A stretch of DNA of 63,667 bases, counting the filler, from Bonamia ostreae (Eukaryota), in the NCBI GenBank assembly GCA_040357525.1. It is 31 parts of 31 records of this genome, joined end to end, with 100 filler letters (N's around TTAATTAATTAA, not from the genome) between each part and the next. Parts side by side here need not be neighbours in the genome. Positions count along the whole stretch, not along the records: positions 49,466 to 51,415 come from JBDODL010001188.1; positions 51,516 to 53,461 come from JBDODL010001189.1; positions 53,562 to 55,506 come from JBDODL010001190.1; positions 55,607 to 57,549 come from JBDODL010001191.1; positions 57,650 to 59,590 come from JBDODL010001192.1; positions 59,691 to 61,630 come from JBDODL010001193.1; positions 61,731 to 63,667 come from JBDODL010001194.1; 24 more parts are not named here. One strand, 5' to 3'. Both the position numbers and the translations under genes were made by a program. This document shows, one piece after another, positions 49,466 to 62,900 of the stretch. The number at the start of each line of letters is the position of its first letter. Within the stretch, counting starts at the first letter, position 1. The notes below the pieces were generated by a model. The model saw nothing but the letters and a program-made list of their open reading frames with translations, had not been told where the DNA came from and searched no databases.

Positions 49466-51292
49466 GTTTGTAAATACGATTAAACGTCTCCAATTCAATC
49501 TCTTTCGAATTAATATTCTTCTGGACATCTTTGCGTTCCGAAAATATTTTAGCAACTCTTCTCATCATACCGTCCAACAAAATTTTAACGTTTTTAGTCG
49601 TCTTTTCGTTTCTTTTCTTCAGATCTTTGTAACTTTCGGCCAACATCGAAAATTCGGCTTTTGTCGCGACCAATTTTTTCGATGTCGTCAGATCGTCATA
49701 AAAAACAAAAGAGTTGGATCGCGGGTTGAAAATCGTTTTCTTTTCGGGTTGAAAATCGACTTTGGATAAATCCGAAAATCGCTCTTTTGCCATTTTTCTC
49801 ATTTCTTCAATTTCGTCTGAAATCAATTTTCTGCTCTGTTTTTCGTTAATAAAAAATTTTAAAATTGGCAAATTTTTGTCGTTAAAAATTTTATAGAATT
49901 TCAACTTTTTCGATATATTTTATTTCTTCTGAATCATAAACAAAATTTTCGTCGTTTTCGACATCGTTTTCGATTATTTTAAAGTACTTAGAAATTTAAA
50001 TTTGTTCTAAAATCGTTTCAAAAATATGTCAAAAACGTTCGTTTCGATCAAATTCTGCGCCATTCTTAAATACTTTTTGTCAATTTGGTCTGCAAAATTG
50101 TCATCAAATTTTCCCATTTTTATAAATTTTCTGTCGAACCCGATTTCTAGCGGTTTCGGAAGATTTCTCTGGACAACTTGAGATTTTCTTCTCAGATTTT
50201 GCAAATCAAATTTTTTATTTTTCTGTTCTTGGTCTTCCAAGAAATCTTCCATATCGGGATCATGACTAAATTTTAACAATTTTTCTTTTTCTTCTTTTGT
50301 CCTGAAAACGCCGCTTTCGAGTTGGTCGGCGTTTCCGGTTTTGGGCGAATCGGATATTTGCAAAAATTTTTGGAGTTTCGGCTGCGGGAGCGAATTTAGT
50401 TTCTTCTGCAAACGACGTCTTTTCCGGCGAAGTCCTTTTTGCTTTTTTAGAAAAATTTTAACATCGATTTTATTGTCAAAATTGGGATCGAGATATTGCT
50501 CCGAGAGAATCGACGGAGTTTTCGGCGTGACCGAATTGATATTCAAACTGTCTCTTAAGGGAGTTTTTCCTTCAGACATAATCGGCGTCAACGGCGTTTT
50601 GCTGTTCGCCAACGGCGTCAATCCACTTTTCTCTTTGGAAAATGTGAGATTTTGGTTAAATTTTAGAAACTCAAAATTAAAATTTGGTCTAAAAATTTTG
50701 TTGTTAACGCAAATTTTTTATTAACGCATTATCGAAGAGACGAGAACATTCGGAGTGACCGCTTCCGAATTTTTTCTGTTCTCCAAATTTACGCCTTTTT
50801 TGGCAAAATCGGGATCGTTTAATTGGACGCTTTCGCCGCCCAAAAGCGGATTTTTGGCGCTTTTCAGCGCAATGTTGTCTTCGATGTCTCTGCGCCTGAA
50901 ATCGCCGGTCAATGGCGTCCTCGACGGCGTCATCAAATTTTGGTTCGTCATCGAAGGCGTCTCTCCATTTGAAATTCCGTTGTTGACTCCAAAAGCTCCG
51001 TTTTCGTCGGCGGGATAAAGTCTCGCAATGTTCTCCAGCTCTTCGTTGGAAACTTGCGGCGCGGGCAAATCGAGATCGGGGCGTTTGCTGATAAAATTTT
51101 TCGGGTCGTTTTGTCGATTCAGCTCTTGAACCGCGGCGGGCAGATTAAGTTCTTTGTAAAGTTTTTGCTTTTTGATGTCTTTTCTGCGTTCGAGTGCTTC
51201 CCTTTTCACGGGATTTCCTTCGAATCGTTCGGTTGTCAGTTTTTTGAAATCAAATTCTTCTTTGTTTTCTAAGTTGTCGCGGTCTTCCTGGA
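49466..51292 (-). CDS. CDC5L: Pre-mRNA splicing factor CDC5L/Cef1, central and C-terminal part
   Basis: KRPDLDLPAPQVSNEELENI, NPLLGGES, TP-rich region, KTPLRDSLNIN, LNSLPQPK, RRKSQVVQRNLPKP. Confidence 0.9.
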
Positions 51293-52052
51293 ATTTTTAT
51301 GTTACATGTGGCTGATTTTTGGTTATTTTTCATAATTTGATCAATTTGCAAAAGAACAAAAAATAAGTTAAATTGAAAAGTTCGAAAAAGATTTTAAAAA
51401 AATTGCAAAGAAACANNNNNNNNNNNNNNNNNNNNNNNNNNNNNNNNNNNNNNNNNNNNTTAATTAATTAANNNNNNNNNNNNNNNNNNNNNNNNNNNNN
51501 NNNNNNNNNNNNNNNCTTCATATGAATATAGAAACATCTGAATATAGAAACAGGTCAGCTATGAAATATCCGTTACCAATCTATACACCTGTGACATAAA
51601 AATGCTATAAAGGGACATATATAGAAACTGTGCCTAATATGCTACATGAATAGATTGGCTACACCAAGCGTAGGATTAATACCGATACTTCAGCTTATGT
51701 AATTTCTACCCACAGTTCATCTAAACAATTCAAGTTATATGAGCATGCTCCTACGAAACATGCTGTAATCAATAGACAAAGAGTAACACAGTATATATTA
51801 AATTTGTTTTGGATGCATAAGATGTTTTCGTATCTACATTACTTTTTGGATTAATACAAATGAAATTTATCTATAAATACACCTACACCTCTTTTGTATT
51901 CTTTTGGAATTTGATTCTGTTTTTGTACTTACAGTTGGAAAATGTACGTTAATAGATGAAGAAAGTGTTGAATTTAATCTTTCTATCAAAACATCTTTAT
52001 TTTATCGAAAACATGTAAACATTTAAACAAATAGCAATACGAATCATCAACT

Positions 52053-52135
52053 AGGGGTCCGTGGTTGCCTAACTCTATTTTTCATTCCTTATGGGAGTCA
52101 TGAAATTGATCACTGCTCGTTGTTTTCAACTTTTC
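52053..52135 (+). repeat. Dispersed host retroelement-derived repeat (related copies near 39783-39825 reverse, 57650-57700, 57925-58055)
   Basis: ggggtccgtggttgcctaactct...attgatcactgctcgttgttttcaac; the reverse copy reads aaggtgaagataacgaacag..tgatcaatc. Confidence 0.5.
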
Positions 52136-53561
52136 ATTGATGTATTGATGCTTCAGAGCATGTAATTTCAGGAGATGATTATCAAGTTTATCAAAACGGA
52201 TATATATCGAGAGATTGTTTTATGGCAACAAGTAAGCTCATGTATTCGTAGATGATTTCAAACAGTGGATACATATATTGTCTTAAATTTGACAGTAACG
52301 AAAATCTATTTGCAGGACCACGTAAAAAAATCCCAAATCTTTAAACTAACCTATTGTCTTTTTCAAGCTAAAAAATAATTTATGGGTACATGAAAGACGC
52401 ATAATCTAGTTTGAGCAGATGTCCCTTTCGTAAATGTTACTATCCATATGGTAACTGTAATGGACATTTTATTTTGAGGTATATCCAATGGATTTTTACA
52501 AGGAAACAAACGAATTTCCTTGATCTTTGAAGGTTTTTTTATTGTACACGTACCAACTTATGTTTCTATATTACTTCCAATTCTGCTGATTATCATACGT
52601 TTGTAATTTGATGGCGACATGTATTTCACCCATTTATTGAGTTTGAGTGTGTAATGTACAGAAAGTCTGTCGCTGTTTGATGTTTGTTTATTTGATTTCA
52701 TATCGTTTATCTCGTGATATTATTAGTCTGCAGGATTGTGTGGAATAGTTCGTGGAATTTATCAAACTTCCTGATTCCACAGTAGAAGGTAAATATTCCC
52801 TGGACGTGCAAGTCTTAAATCCAAACATAATACTCCAGTCAGTATTCGATAATAAATTACTTTATTATTAAATTTTTGAAGGGTCACCGCCACCGGTAAA
52901 ATCAATATCGGATGCGGTACAGATTTAAATTTTGATAAAAACACTTCATTAAAGTAGTTTTGCTCAACAGTGTATTTAGTTATGGAATGAATTTGAAGTT
53001 TGGGCATACTAAGCGATATTACCTGATTTTGGTCACTGTACGCTTTATATTCTGCAAGGTGAATCATAAAAAAGCGTAAAATAATTCAAACTAGGGAACA
53101 CCACATCATATGCCTAAAATTAAATTTATTCCTTATCAAATAATGCAAAAAGACGAAAGTATCCATTTTTACACAAACATTGATAAATACAAATCACGTC
53201 TGCTGCACGAGGATTGACATAACAACTACCAACGATGCTTCGAGCTGTGAAGACAGCCATCGTGATTCTACAAAACATACAAATTATTTATCAAGTTTGA
53301 AAAACGAAGACCTAGTTATTGAAGGTGACTTTTGTGACTTACTTTTGTTACATATTAAATTATTTCCCCAACAAATCAAATGTGTGGGGTACCTAATGTT
53401 ATGAATAAAATAAAACAAATATAATTCAAGCTGTCTGCATTGTAGTCGATCACGCACAGGANNNNNNNNNNNNNNNNNNNNNNNNNNNNNNNNNNNNNNN
53501 NNNNNTTAATTAATTAANNNNNNNNNNNNNNNNNNNNNNNNNNNNNNNNNNNNNNNNNNNN

Positions 53562-54589
53562 CATGGGCGTATTCAAAAGGATTGTTCATTAATTTTGAAG
53601 CTATCAAACCGCTCGGATGGGCCATATCGACCATTAAATAACTGTTTTCCGAAAAAATTTCTATTTCGTGAATTCGTTTGTAGTCGATGTCAAAGGGATA
53701 AGCGCTTCCACCCGTAACGATCAATTTTGGCGAATATTTTTCCGCAAGTTCTCTAATTTGATCATATTTGATCGCTCCTGTTGTTGCATCGACACCGTAG
53801 AAATGCGGTGAAAATAGTTTTGAGACGATATTTGTTTTCTGATTTTCGGTTTGGTAACCGTGTGAAGGGCTGAATTTTGAATAGATTTATTGTTTAATAT
53901 GAAAAATATGATTTATCAAAAATTTTAAGTATTTGCAACAAAAATAAATAAATCTTGTAATATATTCTTGAACAAAGTACAAAAGTCCGAAAAAACTTTT
54001 ACAAAAAATCAAAACAAATTCGCAAACAAAATTTTATAAAAAAATTAAATCTTGTAATATATTCTTGAACAAAGTACAAAAGTCCGAAAAAACTGCAAAA
54101 ATTTGATCATATGAAAAATAAACTGTCCGCCACAATTAATATCCAACGCCAAAAAGTGATCGCCATTTTCCAAAAGAGCGGAAAAAACTGCCAAATTAGC
54201 TATCGATCCCGAGAAAGCTTGCACGTTGACGCCCCATTCGTTGCTGTCCAGTCCAAACGCTTTCAGAGCCCGATTTTGGCATAATGTTTCCATTTCATCG
54301 ACATATTTGTTACCGGGATATTCCCTTGTTCCAGCAAAACTGTGCGAATATTTATTTGAAAGACAGCCACCGAGCGCTTTCAAGACAGCGGGATGAGAAT
54401 AGTTCTTTTGATTAATTGGCAAAATTAAGAACTTCGCCAAAAATTCAAAATTGGCTAAAAATGGAAAAGAACTTCGGAAGCAATTAAGTTCAGTCCTTCT
54501 TTTTGGCGAATTTTATCCTTTTCGAAGATGGAGTGAACGGCTGGATCTTCCAGTTCGAGGAAATTTTGTTTATCAAAAATTATTTTCAT
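53562..54589 (-). CDS. SHMT: Serine hydroxymethyltransferase-like protein (divergent), 3' partial
   Basis: LNLIASE|NY, LCQNRALKAFGLD, WGVNVQAFSGSIAN, GGH|PSHG, PKLIVTGGSAYP, LMVDMAHPSGLIA, NPFEYA. Confidence 0.9.
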
Positions 54590-55027
54590 TTTTCAAATTT
54601 TTAACTTATCAAATTTGGTTAATTTTTGCGATACAATTTATTTTCGTGTTGAAATAATTTATTTGAAAAATATAAAATTTGTTTAAAAATACAAAATAAC
54701 AATTTATAACTTTAATTTAGTAATATTAACATATTTAATATAAAAATGCGAAAACGAGCTTTACAATTTTTGTTAATTTTGATCAAATTTTGATATTAAT
54801 TTGTTCGATTAATTTTTGTAGTTTTTACAAAGAACTTTTGCCGTTATGTCATCGAAAATTTTGTACTTATTTACTTCAAAGACATCAACCAAAAAATCGA
54901 AAATATCGCAATTTTTAATATACGCAATCGCTCCATAAAATACTAACTTAAAGCTCAAAAACAAAAATCCAAATGTCTCTAATTCAGCAAAAAGTAGCAA
55001 ATAGCTAACAAAACGTAAATTTAATAG

Positions 55028-55506
55028 TCACCAACGAGCGTTCATTAAAAAAATCAAATATTCGTAAGTCGCAAAAGTTATCGCTGAACCCGGCGCCGTC
55101 TTTGCCAAATGGGCAGTCAATCCTTTATAAAACCCAGCCGCCCCTTCTCTCCTTATAACCGATGTCGCCACGTGCGAAAAATTTTTGTATTTGTTCTTGT
55201 TCCCGCCGACTGCCCCGGCTTCGACCGGCTGATACAGCCGAGCCTTAATTAGCAAAAGAGGGTACGTAATGCAAGCGGCTGCGCTCTTGGTCAAAGCGCC
55301 CATCGGGAGAGTTGCGTGGAGAGGCAATTTATTTTTGCCGTAAACAGCGACGGCCAAGCGCCTCGCGTTTTCGTAGAAATACATCTGCAGCGCGCCGGTG
55401 GAAGTGAGGAAAATCGCAGGAACGATTCCGCGGTAAAAAGCAAAAATTCCTTCGTGGCGGAATATTTTTGTGGCGGCGTCAAATGTGTTTTTATAAAGTT
55501 GGTCGG
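55028..55506 (-). CDS. Mitochondrial carrier (SLC25), folate/FAD carrier-like, 5' partial
   Basis: FYRGIVPAIFLTSTGALQMYFYE, TYPLLLIKARL, REGAAGFYKGL...APGSAITFATYE. Confidence 0.8.
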
Positions 55507-55606
55507 NNNNNNNNNNNNNNNNNNNNNNNNNNNNNNNNNNNNNNNNNNNNTTAATTAATTAANNNNNNNNNNNNNNNNNNNNNNNNNNNNNNNNNNNNNN
55601 NNNNNN

Positions 55607-56510
55607 GAATTGCAAAATTTTAGTTTTGTTAAAAAATTAGCCAAACTTTTGATCCCTCCAAATCGGCAAGCGATCTGAGCAACTTAAAGACTTTGAAACA
55701 TGTCAGAGCGGCTGGTTTTGATAAAAGCTTTTGCTCGGATTTATACTTTTCAGCGATAAGCGCCTTTCATATATTTAACTATGCAAACTAAATCTCCGGA
55801 TTTTCTTATGTCTTGTTTTATTTTTCTTCCAGTGACTTGTTCGACTACTTTGTACATAATTCCGTCTCCGACGCCTGTTTCTTTGTTTTCGTATGGCGGA
55901 GCGACCTTTTTATAAAACAAAAATTTTGTGATTAAAAATTCAAAAATTTGATAAAAAAATCCAAAATTCAAAAATTCAAAAATTCAAAAAAAATCAAAAT
56001 TCAAAAATTTGATGAAAAAATAAAAAATTCAAAAATTGGATAAAAAAATTTAAACTTGATTTGTTGTCAAATAAACAATCGGAATCAAATCTTTTGGCGA
56101 TGATTTGATAACTTTGGCGTATAAAGATGACATAATTTCGATCGATTTTAGTCTTCCCGATATTTTTTCAATTTTATCGAGTGCGTCGCAAAAGGCGGAA
56201 AACGGCACTCTTTTTAAAAATATAAAATTAATTGCTAAATGGCGAAAAATGTTTAACCCGTTGTCTTTCCATTTGTCGCAACTTTTTTTTATTGCCGTTT
56301 TCACCGAATCGGAAACAATTCTATTACAAATTTTGTCTAAAACGTTTTCTCGTCTAAAAAGGAATTTTTAGTCAAAGTTGTTTTAGCTTTTTTGTTTTTC
56401 GCAAATTTGGTTTTGGCTTTCGTTTTAAAAGCTTTTTTGGAGTTATTATTCGAAAAGAAGGATCGAATGTCCATTTTTGAATGTTTGGCTAAATTTTTAA
56501 TTTTTAGCAT
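55607..56510 (-). CDS. LIG1: DNA ligase I, N-terminal / DNA-binding domain, 3' partial
   Basis: PIP-like MDIRSFF; VPFSAFCDALDKIEKISGRL...SPKDLIPIVYLTTNQ|VAPPYENKETGVGDG...GDL|ALIAEK. Confidence 0.88.
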
Positions 56511-56680
56511 TTCCCTTTTTATTTTTCTTGTTTTCGACCGTATTCCAATAAAAACTCGATTTAACGATTTGAAAATTTTTAAATGTGAAACGGCTAATTT
56601 TTATGACATTATTTTAAAATTGATAAAAATAGTTTTTCACAATAAAACTTTAAAAAAGAATAAACCTTTTTAATATTGAA

Positions 56681-57549
56681 ATGAAACTTTTGTTATTGTT
56701 TTCAATTTCAAATTACAGTGTTGTTCCATTGCCAATGACCATCGAAGAATTCCAAAGAGGCCAAATATTTTCAAGAGCGAAAAGAGACGAAGCGGATTGT
56801 TTGAACGGGGAATTTTCCTTCACTGTCAAAAACGAATTTCGCTCGCATGAAAAATTGGGGAATGTGTTATTTACTGAGAGAATCAATTATATTTCAAAGT
56901 TTGACCTGATTAAATTTTTAATTTACGACAATTAAAAATTTTTAATTTTTACTCGTCTTTAACAAACCAAAATTTTATAAAAGGAAACTCCCAAACGCTT
57001 TAAAATCAATCTTTACATCATTGAAAGAAGCTAAAGCAATAGAAAAAACTTTTGATAACTTTCCATTTGTTATAGACGAATATGAAGTTGACAAAATTTT
57101 TGCAATTTAAAAAACTTGAAAGAACCAACCATTCGCTGATTCGCTGAAAGTGAGCGCTCAGACATTTCACAAAGATGATCGAGGCAATTCAGATCCGAAA
57201 ACAATGTTCAATTTGAGTAGCGAAGAAATGAAAATTTTGCAAATAATAAATTTAAATATTTCAAAAGTCAACAAAAAGAAAAAACTGAAATCATTTAGAC
57301 CAATATTCGAAGGATGGATCGTTTTCCATAATCAAATAAAAATTACTGTTGATTTAGCAAATCAACTTTTAAAAATTACAATTTGATTTTAACAATTGGA
57401 AAAAATTTTGAAAATTTAGAATGTTACCAAACCGGTAATGACAATGTACAAATTGATCAAAATGGAATTTAATTATTTTGGATTGCAATATATCGTCGAA
57501 AACATATTTCAAGTTTATTTCTTCTTTGATTAAATATTTTGCAAACGTT
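56681..57549 (+). CDS. Phosphatidylinositol transfer protein (class I PITP, START-like fold), spliced, 3' partial
   Basis: MKL|FVVPLPMTIEEFQRGQIFS, KNE, TERINYISK, IEKTFDNFPF, TFHKDDRG, PVMTMYKLIKMEFNYFGLQYIVENI align by eye with PITP-alpha/beta. Confidence 0.78.
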
Positions 57550-59690
57550 NNNNNNNNNNNNNNNNNNNNNNNNNNNNNNNNNNNNNNNNNNNNTTAATTA
57601 ATTAANNNNNNNNNNNNNNNNNNNNNNNNNNNNNNNNNNNNNNNNNNNNGATCCCACCTCTGGTATATCCAGCTTCGTGTTCGCCCAACTCTTAATCTTT
57701 TACTCCTTAAAAATCCGTTACATTTCTTTTCATCCAATAAGTTTATAATATTTTCTAAAACTTCCGGAATCAAAATTACTTGAATGCAAGCGAGTATTCG
57801 TTATAAATTTAGTGATAAAGTTATTTGCTGTGCAACAATGGATATATGCATTGAGATAAAAGGTATTCGTGATCTGAATGATGCACTCCATGATGGAGTA
57901 GACTTGGGGTAGTAACTCTAACCCTGACCGGTCAACAGGAATATCACTAGCCCCATGAACCTCTTTCCATCTCTAGTGATCACAGGTTCGTTTTCCCTGC
58001 TCTTAATTTTGATTTCTCAATAGAATCTAATACAATGCTCATTCTTCGTTTTGTCACTACATTAAATTGATTGAAACGTTATTTACCATTTTATCTGGTC
58101 TTAGAGATCCCCATCCCCATGCACTGATACAATACAAAGTATGCATGTGAAGAGCCTTGACTCTAAGGGTAAAAAACTACCCCATCTTACAAATGAAAAT
58201 TGATTGTTTTTCTGAAGATATGCAACGGCTATCTAGTTCTTACAATAGCGCTAAATTGTCTAGGGAATCAAATTTTGAAAGAAAATACATTGAATGAAGT
58301 TAAAAGCATTACACCTTCAGACACGTTAAAAATCGGCTACTGCTTTCCTTCTGTTAATAAAATTAATAGATACTTAGAATCATAAAAAGTGAACTCTCTA
58401 TTATGATAAGTTTGTCTAAAGGTAAATGAATGATGAACAACTATCCTATGGTTGTCATAGCGACAACTTGTCTTCATGTTTACGTAATGTCCATGTACAT
58501 TATCTACGTTATCTTTAACCCATATAGAAATGCAATGCCCAGTCTTTTCTCTTTGTCTACTAAAAGGTGTATTTAAAGCTGAATTGTTGGTATGATGGTA
58601 AATATTTCAATTTGTGAGATTTAGCCTACAACTGTTGACTTCGTAATATTACTTAAAAATACTCGAAGGAATTTAAAACAAATTACACAAATACATTTCG
58701 TATATTCTCATTTGATTAAATTGAATAAAAGATGATAGAAATTCTAAAAAGTATACCTTCAATTTGAAGAAATGATCTATACTCTTTCCTTCCAGGTGTA
58801 ATGAAAAAGTCAAGGTAGCAAACAGTATTATGAACGACATGTATCGAATAGAGCAATTAGATAATGTGTTCATACTCTATATATCATATGGTCGTATCCT
58901 GATTGGTTCGATTTCTTTATCAGTCCGAGGTGGTTAGGCAACGAGACATCTTGGGGATAAGGCAGCCAGGCAAGGAAGCTTAACAGGTACTCGGGTACTG
59001 GATTAAGGGTCACTGGGTAGAAGGGATATTCTGAGGGGTGTCGTATTGCGGGTTTACTTGATAGACACACAGGGATTGGATTTTGGGTCACAGGGGGGGC
59101 TTTAAATGGGTCAAAATTAGCAGTTTGATAGAGTTGTGCCGGTGAAGGTCACGCGCAATGCAGACCGGAGGATGTATTCTGGTTTCTCGGCAGACAGACA
59201 GGTGGTGAGAAATTATAGCAGAGTCAGGTCAATATCTCCACTGAATAGACATGAAATAGAAGATTGTAGCGATGACTTCGAGAAGTCTGTCTATGGGTTT
59301 GTCTCCAATGAATGGAGCTCGGAATAGATCGGGGCAAGTGCTCCGTAAACACTTTCGGGACCTTGGTTTAGAAGCTAACAGTGAAAGTCATTAGGTGAAT
59401 CACGGTGCGTGTGTATCAGGGGTTGACAGTGGGCGTTTGTAGTCAACGGGTTGATATGTTCAGTGGTCCCGTAATAAGTCAAGGGTCAGGGACAAGGGGT
59501 CGGCGAAACCAGGGTGCTACCATACTCAGGTGAAAAGTTGTGTGTGGATGGTTGGAGGGTACTGAAACAGGTGTTAGTCACCGGGGTGGTNNNNNNNNNN
59601 NNNNNNNNNNNNNNNNNNNNNNNNNNNNNNNNNNTTAATTAATTAANNNNNNNNNNNNNNNNNNNNNNNNNNNNNNNNNNNNNNNNNNNN

Positions 59691-59900
59691 ATCTTTTCAA
59701 AAAGAGCAAAGCCATGATTAGTCGTATTTATATGGAAGCATTCCCAGGTAGTGTAGATTCATGGCAGTTCAAATCATGACACATTGGGGTAGGGTGAGGT
59801 CAGAACAGTGAATCTAAGGTTTACTCATGAATATCTGCTGACGATCAACAGTAAATCGATATCGAGTCTGGTGAGCATTGTGGGTCATGGGCCTCTTGTT
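59691..59900 (-). mobile_element. Second copy of the AACAAGAGG-terminal oyster-type repeat
   Basis: Reverse complement reads AACAAGAGGCCCATGACCCACAATGCTCACC, similar to the terminus at 36225. Confidence 0.5.
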
Positions 59901-62900
59901 ATCATTTTCATGTTTGTGAATGTATGATTACACCTTTTTTGCATAGATATCCTTTAGAAGGAGTGAGAGGAACTCCACAACTTGTGGAATATGCCTGGAA
60001 AGACCAAAAAGTGCATTTCTTTTGTGTGGTCACACCTTTTGTATGGTATGTGCCACATAAATGGAGGCCAACAAGTTGGTATGTTCCCTCTGCAGGGACC
60101 CCATCATCAAAGTGAATCCACTTTTCCAGTAAAAAAAAAATGAAATGGTTTCTTCACTAACTTTATTTTATTTGCCATTGTTAAGCATTTTTTATTTTTT
60201 CCCACTTTATAAACAACAACATTTGTTATTTATCGAATAATTTTTTTGTGCCAAGATGTAAGATCGTTTTTCTCTAAAATTTGTTCTAAATGGTTAAATT
60301 CAATATTTTGTAGCCTCTTTCCAGAGGTATATATTTGTAAAATGTTTGATTTGTTTTATTTGAAGGTATTTACATTTCTGCACTATATGTATTTTCAAAA
60401 CATTTATTTTCTGATAATAATAAGAGAGATAATAAGATTATTGGCTATTAGTATGTAAAAATTGCTTTTAAAATGTTGCATTTTGTTGTATTGCTCAGGA
60501 GAAATGTCTCTGGGTTGTTTTTGTTTTTTCCATGAATAAAAATTTGCTTTGAATTGAATTGTTATTGTGGGTGTGAAAACATTTGAATCATTGCTGAACG
60601 GATTTACGTTTATAACTACTCTGCTCATAAAACACCACCAAAGTTTAACTTTTGAATAAAAAGTGTGATTTAATTTTTTAGAAGGATCAGAAATAATAGC
60701 ACTGGACTATTGTTCAAAGGGATATTATTTTGAAAATGGTTCACTTAAGTGATGAAGACACTATTTTGTTTTTAAGCATTTTGAAAAAAATTCAAGTGCA
60801 CTTTTTTTACACTTAAAATTGTTTAATTACTTGTGTATTACTGTTATACTAATGACATGGGTAAGTAATTATGTGAAATTTTGACTCATGTAATTTAATT
60901 GATCATTATTTTACCAAAGTCACACTTTTGTAGATAAAATGCAGGGATACTGCATCTGTAATATAATTTTCTTTTATTTCAAATTCATGAAGAAACTTGT
61001 GTCATCTCTCAGCTCTGCAGACATTTTACAGTGATCATTCATTTGTCTGTCCGTCTGACATTACCTGTCTGGAGTATATTGATCCTTTCCATTGTTCCAG
61101 TCCAGTATTATCAATACTTTACCCATAGAGTGTGCTCGGGTAAAGGGTGTACATGTACAGTGACCTTTAACAAAGTTTTCAACTCAAAGGTGAAAATAAT
61201 TACAATTGCATATCAGGCACTGAATGTCATGAAGTAATAAATATGCATTTAATACATTGAAAAAAAATTAACTTTCTGTAGATTATTTGTTTAGCCTGCT
61301 TTGTTACCCTTTGACCATGCAGTATTGCATGGGTTTTAGCAAAGGGGAGGGGGTGCTTTGATTTAGGCATCAAAAGCTGGAAAATAGCTTATTTCATAGC
61401 ATAGTACCTCACAAATTTATCTTTGAAGAAAAAATTTAGTTTTAATGTTTACCTTAATTTAAGTTTTGGGGTAAGATTATAGCATTTGTGAGGTACTTTT
61501 TATGAATGAAGTGTCTCCATTTAAATGGGATGGAGATACTTGATATCAAAAGTTCAAAGTAGCTGTCAGTTGAATTTATTTGTAAAGACAAAAAAGTCAA
61601 CTAATTAGTGTTACTGAGACATGATATAAANNNNNNNNNNNNNNNNNNNNNNNNNNNNNNNNNNNNNNNNNNNNTTAATTAATTAANNNNNNNNNNNNNN
61701 NNNNNNNNNNNNNNNNNNNNNNNNNNNNNNGATCATAGTTCGTTGCACGTATCCTCATTTAGTATTCAGATTGAAAATATATTGTGTTTGAGTTTATATA
61801 GAAGGATTATGTTTTTATGAATGATAGTTTCTATTGATATCTTGTTTTGCTGTAGGCTTGCTCTTTACATCTTGACTTTCTTCTGCATTTACATAATCTA
61901 TTGTCACACATCAATGGTTTTATAGACGTTGTTTTTGTGATAGTGGTTTGTTCTTTGGAGGTATATTGACGAAAACACTTTAAATCCATGCATCGCTTTC
62001 ATAAAACTATCTTGATAGGATTGACGCATTGCACATTCATTTTTGTCGCTATCGTGGTCGTAGGATTGTAATAATCAGGATGATAATACTACGTTAAACA
62101 TGGTGGTATGCTTAGAACAATAACACATGTTGCAATAGGCACCTAAGGATGATCAGGGTATAAAATATAGACACTTTTGTAATTTAACATGTTTACTGTT
62201 TTCACAATAAATCTCGTGTGTTTTCTCCTCCGGTTTCAAACGGGATAATTAGATTTTAAAGATTAAGAACTGTAGATAGCATTGATTATTTCCGGGATAT
62301 ATTAGCGGTTTCGTTGATTTTGATAAGCTGTCCTAAAATATTCCTGAATAAATATCACACAATGTGTTTAATTATATGCACCTTGGTTTACTGACTCGCA
62401 AATCTGTTGAATATGTGCTTTATACCTGTGCAGAACTTGAATAGATTGAAGAACCAAATATGACCAAAAATATATCGCAAAGCAAAGGGAAGTATCACAA
62501 TAAATCACAAAATGTTTAGTTTTGCAACAATAACTGAAATTGAAATGTTGAAATGTTATGTTCATAGTCGGCTACAAACAATGTAAGAAATTGGATGCAC
62601 TCATTTGGTCTTCGTGCATTTCAAACACGCAACACAACGAGGTCATTGCTACATCTGCTGAATGGGGCACAAACGTGAATATATTAGTATTACATGTATT
62701 ATGATTTTGTATTCTATTAAGTGATTGCAATTTTTATATTACAAGGCCACAAACAAGTATTTAGTCATAGCCTATAATGAGACTTACAGCAGATTTGTCG
62801 GCTATGATGTCATCGTTAATGAAGCGGCGTCAGTTACATTTTAATTATCTGGACAGAGGGACAGTTGTGACCGACTAAACTTCCAGAATTTATTTCAGAT

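Noticed and set aside
54746-55000. Possible small gene between SHMT and the carrier
   Set aside because: Candidate frames on both strands, none with a convincing product
56681-56935. Apparent signal peptide plus RAKR furin site (secreted orphan)
   Set aside because: The hydrophobic stretch is best explained as an in-frame 27-nt intron; the spliced product matches cytosolic PITP
58870-59590. GC-richer Pro/Thr-biased stretch resembling a gag or low-complexity exon
   Set aside because: Frames are broken and no diagnostic motif is visible; left unclassified
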